Assembly: GCA_942493035.1 (NCBI GenBank)
Contig: OW818666.1
Coordinates: 3,936,813 to 4,000,812 of the forward strand
Source: an uncultured Spirochaetota bacterium
GTDB lineage: Bacteria > Spirochaetota > UBA4802 > UBA5550
DNA length: 64,000 nt
Reading direction: 5' to 3'
The notes under the pieces: generated by a model
Told to the model about the DNA's origin: nothing
The model's input: only the letters and a program-made list of their open reading frames with translations
Databases searched by the model: none
Part shown: positions 8,668 to 19,904 of the stretch, one piece after another
Layout: each line of letters begins with the position of its first letter
Numbering within the stretch: position 1 is the first letter of the stretch
Program-made: the position numbers and the translations under genes

Positions 8668-11394
8668 ATGGCTAAAAGAGTTTATAGTTTTGGCGCAGGA
8701 ATTGCAGAGGGTAGTGCCGACATGAAAAATCTGCTTGGCGGTAAAGGGGCGGGTTTGGCTGAAATGTCTGTTCTTGGTGTACCTGTATCTGCCGGATTTA
8801 CTATCACTACTGAAGTATGTACAGAGTATTATGATAATAACAAAGAGTTTCCTGCGGGTCTGGACAAAGATGTTGAAGCTGCGATGAAGAAAGTTGAAAA
8901 AATTATGGGTCACGGTTTTGGCGATGTTGAAAACCCATTGCTGGTTTCAGTAAGATCCGGAGCAAGAGTTTCAATGCCTGGTATGATGGATACTGTTCTA
9001 AATCTTGGTTTAAATGATCAGACAATAAAGGGGATCATCAGCAAAACAGGAAATGAAAGATTTGCATGGGATTCATACAGAAGATTTATTCAGATGTATG
9101 GTGATGTTGTAATGGGCCTTAAACCTGAATCTGCAGATGAGATTGATCCATTTGAAGAAGTAATGGATAAAGTTAAACATGAAAAGGGTTACACTTCAGA
9201 CGTTGATATGACTGTTGATGATCTTAAAGATTTAGTTAAAAGATTTAAAGCTATGATTAAAGCTAAATTGAAACGTCCATTTCCGGATGATCCGAAAGAG
9301 CAGCTATGGGAAGCTATTGGCGCAGTTTTTGGTTCATGGAATAATGAAAGAGCTATTTTATACAGAAAAATGAATCAGTTTGATGATGACTGGGGTACAG
9401 CTGTTACCGTACAGTCTATGGTATTTGGTAATATGGGGAATACCTGTGCAACAGGTGTTGCTTTTACAAGAGACCCCTCAACAGGGGAGAAAGCTTTTTA
9501 TGGTGAATATCTGGTAAATGCACAGGGTGAAGACGTTGTTGCAGGTATCAGAACTCCTCAGCAGGTTACACTTGTAAGCTCAAGAAACTGGGCAAAAGAG
9601 AATGGAGTAAGTGAAAAAGACAGAAAAGAAAAGTTTCCGTCTCTTCAGGAGTGTATGCCCAAGGCATATGATGAACTTGTAAAAGTTTATACTAAACTCG
9701 AAAAACATTATAAAGATATGCAGGACATTGAGTTTACAATTGAGAATGAAAAATTGTGGATGCTTCAGACAAGAAGCGGTAAAAGAACTGCAGCTGCAGC
9801 TGTAAATATTGCCGTTGATATGGTAAACGAAAAGCTTATAGATAAGAAGACTGCTCTTCTCAGAATAGATCCTGCTTCTCTTGATCAGCTTCTTCATCCT
9901 ACTTTTGATCCGAAAGGAAAAAAGGATGTAATAGCAAAAGGTCTTCCCGCTTCACCTGGTGCTGCGTATGGTAAAGTTGTATTCAACGCAGAAGAGGCAC
10001 ATGACTGGGCGGAGAAGGGTGAAAAGGTAATTCTTGTAAGGATAGAGACTTCACCTGAAGATCTTAAAGGAATGAACGCTGCACAGGGTATTCTTACACA
10101 GCGCGGCGGAATGACTTCTCATGCAGCTGTTGTTGCCAGAGGTATGGGTAAGTGCTGTGTTTGCGGCTGTGGTGTTCTAGGTATTGATTACGCTAAAAGA
10201 ACTATGACTGTGGCTGGAAGAGTTATAAAAGAGGGTGATTTTATCTCTCTTGATGGTTCTACCGGTGAAGTTATGTCTGGTAAAGTAGATACTGTTGAAG
10301 CGAAACTTTCAGGTAATTTTGAAACGATAATGAAATGGGCAGACGAATATAAAAAGCTTTCTGTTCGTACAAATGCAGATACCCCTCATGATGCTGCTGT
10401 TGCAAGAAAGTTCGGCGCGAAGGGAATTGGTCTCTGCCGTACAGAACATATGTTCTTCGAAGGGGATAGAATTAAAGCTGTAAGAGAGATGATCCTTTCC
10501 GAAGATGTTGAAGGAAGAAAGAAAGCTCTGAAAAAACTGCTTCCCATGCAGAAAAAGGATTTCACTGGAATTCTGAGTGCAATGGCAGGATATGGAGTTA
10601 CAATCAGGCTTCTCGATCCCCCTCTTCATGAATTTGTACCTCACGACGAAGAGAGTCAGAAAATTATGGCTAAAGAGATGGGAATGTCTCTTGAAAAAGT
10701 TAAAGCAAGGGTTGAATCTCTTCATGAGTTTAATCCAATGCTCGGACATAGGGGATGCCGTCTTGGAATAACATACCCTGAAATTACAGAGATGCAGGCT
10801 CAGGCGATATTTGAAGCTGCCTGTGAGCTTAAGAAAAAGGGTGTGGATGTAAAACCTGAAGTTATGGTTCCTCTAGTTGGAACTTTCAGAGAGATTGTTA
10901 TTCAGAAGAAAATTATCGTAGATACAGCTGAGAAAGTTATGGCACAGAAGAAAATTCGTGTTGATTATCAGGTTGGAACAATGATTGAAGTTCCAAGAGC
11001 GTGTCTCACTGCTGATAATATAGCTGCTGAAGCTGAATTCTTCTCATTTGGAACTAATGACCTTACTCAGATGACATTTGGTTTCAGCCGTGATGACGCG
11101 GGTTCCTTTTTACCTGAGTATGTTGATAGAAAAATTATATCAGTAGATCCATTTAAGACTATTGACAGAACAGGTGTTGGCGAACTGATGAAGCAGGCAG
11201 TTGCCAAGGGTCGTAAAGTGAACAAATTTCTGAAAATCGGAATTTGCGGAGAGCATGGTGGGGATCCGAATTCAATTGAATTCTGTCATATGCTTGGTCT
11301 CGATTATGTAAGTTGTTCACCTTACAGAGTTCCAATCGCAAGACTTGCAGCTGCACATGCTGTGATCTTGAATGATGAGAAAAAAAGTAAATAA
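8668..11394 (+). CDS. ppdK: Pyruvate, phosphate dikinase
   Basis: About 908 aa from ATG 8668 (AAAGGAGA SD); the track ORF starts 21 nt upstream. N-terminal ATP-grasp (MAKRVYSF...GGKGAGLAEM), phosphohistidine region (GGMTSHAAVVARGMGK), C-terminal PEP-utilising domain. Confidence 0.95.
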   Translation: MAKRVYSFGAGIAEGSADMKNLLGGKGAGLAEMSVLGVPVSAGFTITTEVCTEYYDNNKEFPAGLDKDVEAAMKKVEKIMGHGFGDVENPLLVSVRSGARVSMPGMMDTVLNLGLNDQTIKGIISKTGNERFAWDSYRRFIQMYGDVVMGLKPESADEIDPFEEVMDKVKHEKGYTSDVDMTVDDLKDLVKRFKAMIKAKLKRPFPDDPKEQLWEAIGAVFGSWNNERAILYRKMNQFDDDWGTAVTVQSMVFGNMGNTCATGVAFTRDPSTGEKAFYGEYLVNAQGEDVVAGIRTPQQVTLVSSRNWAKENGVSEKDRKEKFPSLQECMPKAYDELVKVYTKLEKHYKDMQDIEFTIENEKLWMLQTRSGKRTAAAAVNIAVDMVNEKLIDKKTALLRIDPASLDQLLHPTFDPKGKKDVIAKGLPASPGAAYGKVVFNAEEAHDWAEKGEKVILVRIETSPEDLKGMNAAQGILTQRGGMTSHAAVVARGMGKCCVCGCGVLGIDYAKRTMTVAGRVIKEGDFISLDGSTGEVMSGKVDTVEAKLSGNFETIMKWADEYKKLSVRTNADTPHDAAVARKFGAKGIGLCRTEHMFFEGDRIKAVREMILSEDVEGRKKALKKLLPMQKKDFTGILSAMAGYGVTIRLLDPPLHEFVPHDEESQKIMAKEMGMSLEKVKARVESLHEFNPMLGHRGCRLGITYPEITEMQAQAIFEAACELKKKGVDVKPEVMVPLVGTFREIVIQKKIIVDTAEKVMAQKKIRVDYQVGTMIEVPRACLTADNIAAEAEFFSFGTNDLTQMTFGFSRDDAGSFLPEYVDRKIISVDPFKTIDRTGVGELMKQAVAKGRKVNKFLKIGICGEHGGDPNSIEFCHMLGLDYVSCSPYRVPIARLAAAHAVILNDEKKSK

Positions 11395-11415
11395 AGAGAT
11401 ATTGTTTAATAAGCG

Positions 11416-11456
11416 AAAAAAAAAGAGCGACCATAATGGCCGCTCTTTTTTTTCTT
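11416..11456 (+). terminator. Rho-independent terminator after ppdK
   Basis: AAAAAAAAAGAGCGACCATAATGGCCGCTCTTTTTTTT. Confidence 0.7.
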
Positions 11457-11752
11457 AAGATAGGACGCATGAGTATATATTTGCGCTTCTTATCTTAAGA
11501 AAAATGGTGATAAATTGCTCTTCGTTACATCACTGGTACAGTAAAGATAAAATTAAAGCAGTATTTGAGTAGTTACGTGCTTTCACAAAAATAAAAAAAT
11601 TAATAGTAGAAATAGTTATTGAAAATATATTCATGGTCATAAAAAGTTTTTTAAATACTTTACTCAATTGTTTCCCCTATTTACAGATAGGGAACAAATT
11701 TTAAAATTCAATACCTTTTTTCAGGTATATATTCCGGTCGGATGGTTTAACT

Positions 11753-12481
11753 ATGAAGAAGTTTTCATTTTTTTTGATAATATTTACAATAATAAATTCA
11801 AACGCATTTGCTGCATATGACCAGGCGCTGTCGTTATTTCAGGAAAAAAAATATCAGGAATCACTTAATATTCTGGCTGAAGATCTGATTGTAGCAGATG
11901 ATTTTAAACCAGGTTCTCCGAATTACAAAATAAGATTTCTCGCAGCCCATATTCACTGGAAGCTTGGAAATGATGAATCTGCTTCACTGCATTTTAGAAA
12001 ATGCATGTCAATTGATAAAGCAAAAGTTGATCCTTATATAGATCTTGCAATGCTATATTTAGAGAGAGGACGATTGAATGGAGCTTATTCTATTGCAGAA
12101 GATGGTTTAAAGATTAAAGAAGACCCTATGCTGTTCTGGATCCTGGGGAGAGTCACCTATCAGAAAGAGAATTATGCGAGAGCAAAGGAGTTACTTGAAA
12201 AAGCTGTCTCTCTTGATCCTGAACTATATTTTTCATATAACGATCTGGGTATGGTTCTTATGAAATTAAGTAAGTTCGGCGATGCAAATGCTGCGTTTTC
12301 AGTAGCGCTTGCAGTAAATCCGCAATCTGCAGAGATCAATGCAAATCTTGCACATAGTCTTCTGATGCTGGGAAAATTTGATGAGGCGGATGGCTATGCA
12401 AAAAAAGGACTGGAATTAGCTCCAGATAATGAGATCATTAAAAATCTTATAAAAAAAATAGAAGAAAGTAAGAAAAAATAA
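11753..12481 (+). CDS. Secreted TPR-repeat protein
   Basis: 242 aa; signal peptide MKKFSFFLIIFTIINSNAFA followed by TPR-like repeats. Confidence 0.55.
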   Translation: MKKFSFFLIIFTIINSNAFAAYDQALSLFQEKKYQESLNILAEDLIVADDFKPGSPNYKIRFLAAHIHWKLGNDESASLHFRKCMSIDKAKVDPYIDLAMLYLERGRLNGAYSIAEDGLKIKEDPMLFWILGRVTYQKENYARAKELLEKAVSLDPELYFSYNDLGMVLMKLSKFGDANAAFSVALAVNPQSAEINANLAHSLLMLGKFDEADGYAKKGLELAPDNEIIKNLIKKIEESKKK

Positions 12482-12493
12482 ACGGTGGTGATT

Positions 12494-13675
12494 ATGGGAG
12501 TTTCTTTAAAAATTCAGGAATCAATTGAAAAATCTTCATGGATAAGGAAGATGTTTGAAGAGGGTGCAAAACTGAAGGCAGAAGTCGGTGCAGATAATGT
12601 ATATGATTTCAGTCTGGGTAATCCCGATCTTGAACCCCCTGTGGAATTTTTTCAGGCTCTTAAAAAGATGTCTGATTCAACTGCTGCAGGTATGCATGGC
12701 TATATGCCTAACTCAGGATTTGCCGATGTGAGAAATTCTATTTCGCAAAAAGTAGAGAAGGACCATAAAATAAAACTTGATGGTAATTCTCTGGTGATGA
12801 CATGCGGAGCTGCCGGAGGGATGAATATAATCCTGAAAACTATCCTCGACCCGGGTGATGAGATAATTGCTATTAAACCGTACTTTGCTGAATATGGTTT
12901 TTATATTTCAAATCATCAGGGTACGCTTGTACTGGTAGATTCGAATGATGATTTTTCAATAAATATTGATGCAATTGAAAAAGCAATAACGCCTAAAACA
13001 AAGGGTATTATTATTAATAATCCGAATAATCCTACCGGAAAAGTCTACGGCGAAAAAGAGATTGAATCGCTTTGCGAAATGCTTAGACGAAAAAGCTCAG
13101 GAGACAAGAGTATATTTCTTATTTCAGATGAACCTTATAGAGAGATTGTATATGATGACATAGTTGTTTCACCGGTTTTATCAAAATACAAAAACACACT
13201 TGTTGTAAATTCATATTCAAAATCGCTTTCGCTCCCTGGAGAGAGGATCGGTTATGTTGCGGTGAATCCGGAAGCAGATAATTATGCTCTCCTTATGGCC
13301 GGGTTGAATCTGAGCAACAGAATTCTTGGATTTGTAAATGCTCCAGCTTTAATGCAGAGAATTGTTGCACAATTAAATGATGCGGCTGTAAATGTAAGTA
13401 TTTATAAAAAAAGACGCGATATACTTATGGCCGGTTTGAAAGAAGCAGGTTATGAGTTTTCAGTTCCAGATGGCGCTTTTTATCTGTTCTGTAAATCTCC
13501 GGGTGGAGATGATGTAAAGTTTGTAAGACATCTTCAGAAATTTAATATTCTGGCAGTTCCAGGTGTGGGATTCGGCGGTCCCGGTTATTTTCGTCTTGCC
13601 TATTGTACTTCTGAAAAAGTTATTGAGAGAGCAATCCCTAAGTTCAAAGAAGCTCTAGCTTCATTTGATAAGTAA
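12494..13675 (+). CDS. PLP-dependent aminotransferase, class I/II (aspartate/alanine aminotransferase-like)
   Basis: Fold-type I features, PLP-lysine context NSYSKSLSLPGERIGY; track start 12485 is GTG, ATG at 12494 preferred. Confidence 0.8.
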   Translation: MGVSLKIQESIEKSSWIRKMFEEGAKLKAEVGADNVYDFSLGNPDLEPPVEFFQALKKMSDSTAAGMHGYMPNSGFADVRNSISQKVEKDHKIKLDGNSLVMTCGAAGGMNIILKTILDPGDEIIAIKPYFAEYGFYISNHQGTLVLVDSNDDFSINIDAIEKAITPKTKGIIINNPNNPTGKVYGEKEIESLCEMLRRKSSGDKSIFLISDEPYREIVYDDIVVSPVLSKYKNTLVVNSYSKSLSLPGERIGYVAVNPEADNYALLMAGLNLSNRILGFVNAPALMQRIVAQLNDAAVNVSIYKKRRDILMAGLKEAGYEFSVPDGAFYLFCKSPGGDDVKFVRHLQKFNILAVPGVGFGGPGYFRLAYCTSEKVIERAIPKFKEALASFDK

Positions 13676-13691
13676 AAAAGTTCTATTATAT

Positions 13692-13730
13692 AACAAAACG
13701 GCCACGTATTCTACGCGGCCGTTTTGTTAT
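13692..13730. terminator. Rho-independent terminator, bidirectional
   Basis: AAAACGGCCACGTATTCTACGCGGCCGTTTTGTT between convergent genes. Confidence 0.6.
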
Positions 13731-13845
13731 ATAAATGATTGTTGTTTAGCAACTGATTATAAACTGGTGGTTAAAATATTCTCCTCCGCGCCGGTGGCGC
13801 AGAGGAGATAAAATAGCTTCGGTTTATGAGCGGTTACGTAATGTG

Positions 13846-16839
13846 TTATTCTTCACTGGCATTAAGTCTAGCTTTTATTGCTTTTTTATTTACAGGGATC
13901 TTTATCTCTTCATCCTGTTCATCATCAGACATGTTTGTTTTGTCTTCGCTGGTTCCCTGGTTTGTTTCAATAGTTATCTTCTGATTAAGCTGATCAATTT
14001 GAGATTGAAGTTTTGCATCGCCCGGATCGAGAATTATTGCTTTTTCGAGATTCTCTTTGGCTTTATCAAGAAGTTTTATTTTTTCATAGGATATGCCAAG
14101 GTAAAGATATAGAGTGGCGGTATTTACTCCAAGCTCCTTTGCTTTTTCAAGATAGTCTATCGATTCTTTAAACTTATCACTTGAAAATTGTAATATCCCC
14201 ATCTGGTAAAGAACCTGAGGGTGATCTTTATTCAGTTTGAGTGCCATATCGAGATATTTAAATGCGTTGTTTAAGTCCTGCAATGTTATATACAAAAGAC
14301 CGAATCTATAGTTAGCATCGAAGTTATTGCTGTTCATCGTAAGAATTGCACGATAAAGAATTGCCGCATCATCCCACTTTTTTTCTTTTTCGAGCCGCAA
14401 TGCTTCACTGTAATAATAACTTTCTTTATATTCCAGAATAAGCTGAAGGTAATTTTTCAGGTCATTATTATATGGAGTAAGTTTTTTTAGCTGAAATAAA
14501 AGATCGGTTTCCTGATCATAAGCATTTATTGATTCTGCATATTCTGTTCTTTTTAGAAGATTGAGTATTGAAGAATTTCTTGAAAGATCGGATCTGAATT
14601 TAGAGATATAATTGTAACTCTCTTTATCTGTTATAAATAGTGAACTTAGCAATTCTGTTTTTTCTGAAAAGTAATACTCAGTAAGTTTTTCGGGAATATT
14701 TCTTATTTTAACCGGTGTGTATACATAAGAATTTTTCCCTGCTGATGGTAATAAATACTGTTTAAAGTTATTCAGGTCATCGAAAATTATATTCTGGAAG
14801 GGGTGAGTTTCGTCATAAAAAATAAGACCATAAATATTATTTTTTTCTATAATTCTGTTAATTGTTTCAAGTGAGTTCTGGCTTATTTTTAAACTGTTAA
14901 TGTTATCAGATGAGACAATTAAAGCGATATTAGAGAAAATAAAAACAAGATGATGTTTATAAATTTCTGAAAGAGCAGACAACGAATTGGATAAAATATT
15001 ATAATTTGATAATTGAAGATCTACTAAGCTGAAATATAATCCATCCTCAGTTAATCTTTTTTTTGCTAATGTGTAGTATTCTCTTGAGAATCTGAATGAG
15101 TGAAAATTCTGATCAAATATATTCGGGGAATCAATTATTGAAGTATACTGGTCTTTGCTGTCTATCATGAAATTCAGAATTTCTTTATCCTGAGCTACAT
15201 ACAGAGATCTCCCTGATACCGGGAGTTTGTTCCCGTTAACAAATTTTTCAGAGACATTATCAATTAATGTCGAATTATTATAAAATCCGAATATCGGATT
15301 TCTGAAAAACTTCTGATTGCTGTCAATGATTAATATTTTTGAATCTTCAGCGCAAAAAAGAGAAGTTGCTGCTGCGGCTCTTTTCAAATTCCGTATAGTA
15401 CTCTCTGAAAGATAAAATATGGTTGAACCGGAGTTTTTTATCTCTCCTCTTTCACTTATATAGTGGAGGTTGTAATTTGTATTCTGAAGTAACTCAAAAT
15501 TTGTTATATTATTTACAAAAGATCTGTTATTAAAGGGAATTTTAAAGTAAAGATGCATAAAAATTAATGCCGGAATAAATGCCAGCGAAAATACAAAATA
15601 AAAAATCTTTTTACTGGAACTCAGCTTTGAATTAAATAAATATAATCCCGGTATAATGATATTGAGAGATGTGATTATATATAGTATTAAAAAGAAAAAT
15701 ATATTCGTATAATTTACAAGGGATGCAGATATTATTAAAGGTATCGGGAGGATAAAAAGAGAAAAACTTATTATGCTGAATCTTTTTTCATGTTTATAAT
15801 TTGTTGTTATATTCAGAATCGTCTGCTTTATTGAAAAACCGAATATAATTGAAGGTAGAATCAGAAAACTGAATCCTGTTAAAGGATGGATTTTGTTTTC
15901 ATAGTTATATAGAAAAAACAGATATGATAAAAAAAATATAGGGAATAGCATTTCACTGAATACGTGCCAGGTTGAAAACTTTATTATTTTTCCAAGAATA
16001 ATTCCTGCTGTCATTGAGAAGAGCATAACAGATATATATAAAAAATTGTAATAATAAATATCTCCAAAAAACTTGTTGAATACGATAAGACCTAAAAAAA
16101 GATAGATTGTAATATATGAAAAGTTTGTATAAGTATAGAAAAGGTCATCTCTGTAGATTTCTGTGCTTGTTTCTATATGATCATCATCAGGGTAATGCTG
16201 TGCAATAAGGGATTCAGGATTGAATGGAATATTTAAAAAAATTAATAAGAACAATAGAGCAACGGCTGATGCAATAATAGAATAATTAAAGTAAACTGTA
16301 TCCGGATAAAGCATGTGTGAAATAAGTGAAGCAACGGCAGCAGATGAGATTGATAAAAACAGGACGGCAATATACTGTGATAATAGATTTTTTTCATCTA
16401 TGAAATCACCAGTTGAAATTTTTAAATAGTAGCAATTAATTAATCCAGCCAGAAAGGCCGGTACTATAATTATCAATGAAGCAAGGTATCGTGAATTGAC
16501 GTAAAGGTTGAAATGTGAAAATTTTTCACCCAATAACTGAACTTTGAAAATATAAAAAATAATTGAGAATAAAAATATTAGTGCAGCTGTTATGTTTATT
16601 AATTTATAGTATTTTATAGAGGAATAAATTGTTTTTCCCACTATATTTCCAGCTAAAAAAGAAAAAAGAGATATAAATAATATTATCCGGACTATTGGAT
16701 AATATGGTAAATACTGTTTGAAAACTAGAATTGAATTCGATAATATACATGTAATGATAATAAAAGTTAAAAATAGAGCAGAAAGGATCATCCATCTTCG
16801 TGATATATCGGGATAACTGAACTGTTTAAAATGACTCAT
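13846..16839 (-). CDS. Large polytopic membrane protein with C-terminal TPR repeats
   Basis: 997 aa; more than 12 hydrophobic helices in the N-terminal 470 aa, then a soluble region and C-terminal TPR units. Confidence 0.55.
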   Translation of the reverse strand: MSHFKQFSYPDISRRWMILSALFLTFIIITCILSNSILVFKQYLPYYPIVRIILFISLFSFLAGNIVGKTIYSSIKYYKLINITAALIFLFSIIFYIFKVQLLGEKFSHFNLYVNSRYLASLIIIVPAFLAGLINCYYLKISTGDFIDEKNLLSQYIAVLFLSISSAAVASLISHMLYPDTVYFNYSIIASAVALLFLLIFLNIPFNPESLIAQHYPDDDHIETSTEIYRDDLFYTYTNFSYITIYLFLGLIVFNKFFGDIYYYNFLYISVMLFSMTAGIILGKIIKFSTWHVFSEMLFPIFFLSYLFFLYNYENKIHPLTGFSFLILPSIIFGFSIKQTILNITTNYKHEKRFSIISFSLFILPIPLIISASLVNYTNIFFFLILYIITSLNIIIPGLYLFNSKLSSSKKIFYFVFSLAFIPALIFMHLYFKIPFNNRSFVNNITNFELLQNTNYNLHYISERGEIKNSGSTIFYLSESTIRNLKRAAAATSLFCAEDSKILIIDSNQKFFRNPIFGFYNNSTLIDNVSEKFVNGNKLPVSGRSLYVAQDKEILNFMIDSKDQYTSIIDSPNIFDQNFHSFRFSREYYTLAKKRLTEDGLYFSLVDLQLSNYNILSNSLSALSEIYKHHLVFIFSNIALIVSSDNINSLKISQNSLETINRIIEKNNIYGLIFYDETHPFQNIIFDDLNNFKQYLLPSAGKNSYVYTPVKIRNIPEKLTEYYFSEKTELLSSLFITDKESYNYISKFRSDLSRNSSILNLLKRTEYAESINAYDQETDLLFQLKKLTPYNNDLKNYLQLILEYKESYYYSEALRLEKEKKWDDAAILYRAILTMNSNNFDANYRFGLLYITLQDLNNAFKYLDMALKLNKDHPQVLYQMGILQFSSDKFKESIDYLEKAKELGVNTATLYLYLGISYEKIKLLDKAKENLEKAIILDPGDAKLQSQIDQLNQKITIETNQGTSEDKTNMSDDEQDEEIKIPVNKKAIKARLNASEE

Positions 16840-17077
16840 CTGTAGAGACTCCTCTCTCGGTCTGATTATAATAAATAAAGAAATAATGCTTATTATAAAA
16901 TCGGTTATGTCTGCTGAAATTTGAATTATTTATATAGTTAGAATTAAAAAAGCAAAGAATGATTTTTACAACCAATTTTTTCCGATAATATTAATATAGT
17001 ATAAAAGAATTCAAAAATTATGATCAATAGATTTTTAAGTATTGAATTCAAATATCTTGTAAAACGGGATTTTTCCG

Positions 17078-18367
17078 ATGAAAAAAATTATTCTCTGTAT
17101 TCCTTATATTATCGTTCTGATTTCATTACTCTCAGCTCAGCCGGCAGATGATTATGCTTCTCTTTTTGAAAAGAAGGAGTATGAAAAAGCATATGAGGTT
17201 ATTATTACCACTCTTAACGGAATATACAGCAAAAGAGTTGAGGATCGTAAAATACCTGCTGGTTATATAGCCTTGAGTAATGTGGGCGAAGATACCGATC
17301 TGCTTACTTTATTCAGACAGAGAAAAGAAAAAGGATTTTTTATTGAAGATAACAGCGAATTAGCTGATCTTCACTTTTTTGCCGGGAGATGTGCTTCAGC
17401 ACTGGATAAAAAAAAAGACGGGCTTAATCATTATATTCAATCTTTACGATTCAGAAAAATTGAGCCTTTAAGAGATGATGTTCTTTTTTATGAGATTGCA
17501 GGTATTTTTAAAACATACAAAGATACTCTTTTTTTTAAAGGGTATATAGATGCTCTGGAGCAGGCTTATACTCTTAATCCCGCTAATCCTCTGTATTCAT
17601 ATGAACTTGGAGATAGTTTATATTCAACTAAGGATAAGAAAAAAGCGATTTTTCATTTTAGACGATATCTTGAGAATACAGATGGTGAGGTAAAACCGGA
17701 GGTATATCTTAAACTTGGAGGATTATACGAAAGTATTGAGAAGTATCTTGAAACTGAAAAATATTATAATGAATATCTGAGAATTAAACCTGACGATTCT
17801 GAGATACTGTTTGCACTTGGTTACATTGCATATTCTAAAACAGGGAATTATATTTTAGCGGAATCTTCTCTTCAGCGGTCACTTAAAATTCTTAAAGAGG
17901 GTGATATTTACAGGAGATCCAAATCATATGAATATCTGGGCGATATGGCCTATAATAATTTGAAATATGATAAAGCTCTTCTTTTCTATAATGAATGTAT
18001 TAATTATCAGTCTAAGATTCTGGAGTTAAATGTTAAAAAAGATGATGAAAGAAAAAAATTGACTCTTGAAATTAATAAACTGAAAGAAGCATTAATTAAT
18101 AACAAAGAGTTTGAAAAATATGAGGATTATGAAATTCTGCTAGATGACAGAAATAAAATTGATAAAGAACTGGAAATTCTGAATCTTGAATTTAATAAAC
18201 TGCAGCCGGGCAGGGTCAGATGGTTTATGGCTGTTTCTTATGAAAAAATTGAAAAATATAATGAAGCAATTCAATATTACAGAGAATCAATTAAGTACAA
18301 CTATAATCCGAATAATGCAAGGGACCTGATAGTAAAATTACAGTTGAAAATTAAAAGGGGTTATTAG
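17078..18367 (+). CDS. Secreted TPR-like repeat protein
   Basis: 429 aa; signal peptide; TPR-like helical repeats and coiled-coil segment. Confidence 0.5.
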   Translation: MKKIILCIPYIIVLISLLSAQPADDYASLFEKKEYEKAYEVIITTLNGIYSKRVEDRKIPAGYIALSNVGEDTDLLTLFRQRKEKGFFIEDNSELADLHFFAGRCASALDKKKDGLNHYIQSLRFRKIEPLRDDVLFYEIAGIFKTYKDTLFFKGYIDALEQAYTLNPANPLYSYELGDSLYSTKDKKKAIFHFRRYLENTDGEVKPEVYLKLGGLYESIEKYLETEKYYNEYLRIKPDDSEILFALGYIAYSKTGNYILAESSLQRSLKILKEGDIYRRSKSYEYLGDMAYNNLKYDKALLFYNECINYQSKILELNVKKDDERKKLTLEINKLKEALINNKEFEKYEDYEILLDDRNKIDKELEILNLEFNKLQPGRVRWFMAVSYEKIEKYNEAIQYYRESIKYNYNPNNARDLIVKLQLKIKRGY

Positions 18368-18564
18368 TATATTGCAATCCACATGAAAGTGTATTATTTT
18401 TTCTTTTTAACAGATAGTAAAATATATATCTGCAGTGTAAACTCCCGTAGTTAATGGGGACAAATTCTATTCTTTCCACCTTCGGGATTATGAGGCATTT
18501 TAAGTAATTAATTCGTATTTAAGAAAGTGAATAACTGGAAAATTTTTTTATGTAAGAGGTTTTT

Positions 18565-19314
18565 ATGTCAGGACATAGTAAATGGTCTACAATTAAAAGA
18601 AAAAAGGGTGTTACAGATGCTAAACGCGGCGCTCTTTTTACAAAGCTTATAAGAGAGATAACTGTTGCTGCTAGAGCAGGTGGAGAGGAGCTTGATTCAA
18701 ATCCAAGGTTAAGGACTGCAGTTTTAAAAGCAAAATCAAACAATATGCCTAATGATAATATTGATAGAGCAATAAAAAAAGGCGTTGGTAATGTCGATGG
18801 AGCGGTTTACGAAGAAGTAAGATATGAGGGTTATGGTCCCGGTGGTGTGGCTATTATGGTTGATTGTATTACCGATAATAAAAACCGGACGACTCCTGAA
18901 ATAAGATCTATATTCGGTAAAAATGGCGGAAATCTTGGTGAAACCGGTTCAGTTAATTATCTTTTTGAAAAGAAAGGTATGCTTGTTATTGAATCACCAA
19001 CAATTACTGAGGATCAGGTTTTAGAGATGCTTCTTGATTTTGATGTCGAAGATGTGAAAAGTGAAGATGGAAATATTATTGTAACTACATCTCCTGAGGG
19101 TTATCCGGCTGTGGCTGATTTTCTTGTTAAGGAAAACTTTACTCTTCTTGAAAATCAGATTTCATATATACCTAAAACGACTGTTGCGCTTGATGAGAAA
19201 AAAGCAGCTCAATGTTTAAGGATTATGGAACTGCTTGAAGAGCAGGATGATGCACAGGAAGTATATTCAAACTATGATATTTCTGATGAAATAATGGCGA
19301 AACTTGGCGAGTAA
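18565..19314 (+). CDS. yebC: YebC/PmpR-family DNA-binding regulatory protein
   Basis: 249 aa; hallmark N-terminus MSGHSKWSTIKRKKGVTDAKRGALFTKLIREITVAAR; AAGAGG SD. Confidence 0.95.
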   Translation: MSGHSKWSTIKRKKGVTDAKRGALFTKLIREITVAARAGGEELDSNPRLRTAVLKAKSNNMPNDNIDRAIKKGVGNVDGAVYEEVRYEGYGPGGVAIMVDCITDNKNRTTPEIRSIFGKNGGNLGETGSVNYLFEKKGMLVIESPTITEDQVLEMLLDFDVEDVKSEDGNIIVTTSPEGYPAVADFLVKENFTLLENQISYIPKTTVALDEKKAAQCLRIMELLEEQDDAQEVYSNYDISDEIMAKLGE

Positions 19315-19792
19315 TTTAAAAATACTCGGAATTGATCCCGGCTATGATATAGTCGGGTGGTCAATTCTTAATAATGGATTTAAAGTAGAGAATTACGGTG
19401 TAATAAAAACGTCCCCCGCAGATGAATTCGACGAAAGACTCCTGTCTATACACAATGGCCTTAATAATATTATTGAAGAATTCAATCCTGATTGTGCCGC
19501 CGTAGAAAAAATTTTTTTTCAGAAAAATGTAAAAACCGCAATACCTGTAGCTAAAGCTGTAGGAGTTATACTTCTTACCTTAAAACTCAAGGGGATAAGC
19601 TATACGGAGTATTCCCCTACGGAGATAAAGCATTCTGTAACCGGTTATGGAAAAGCTACAAAGGACCAGATATATTTTATGATGAAAAAACTTCTTAAGC
19701 TGGATAGTATTGAAGGACCGGATGATGCTGCCGATGCTCTTGCAATTGCGATTTGTCATCAATTAAGCGGGAAAAGTTTATCTTTAAAATAA
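19304..19792 (+). CDS. ruvC: Crossover junction endodeoxyribonuclease RuvC
   Basis: 162 aa; KILGIDPGY catalytic Asp region; classic yebC-ruvC pairing; start appears to be TTG overlapping the yebC stop. Confidence 0.9.
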   Translation: MASNLKILGIDPGYDIVGWSILNNGFKVENYGVIKTSPADEFDERLLSIHNGLNNIIEEFNPDCAAVEKIFFQKNVKTAIPVAKAVGVILLTLKLKGISYTEYSPTEIKHSVTGYGKATKDQIYFMMKKLLKLDSIEGPDDAADALAIAICHQLSGKSLSLK

Positions 19793-19817
19793 ATTGTATC
19801 ATCAGTACAACGTGTTT

Positions 19818-19842
19818 CACCGCCGCCAAAGGCGGCGGGGTG
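19818..19842 (+). repeat. Hairpin-repeat family B, short copy
   Basis: CACCGCCGCC-AAAG-GCGGCGGGGTG between convergent ruvC and the beta-CASP RNase gene. Confidence 0.4.
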
Positions 19843-19904
19843 AGTTACTCATAAGCCGGTGATATCTTATCTTTGATGAGCCACCGGCGCGGAGGAGAGC
19901 AATT

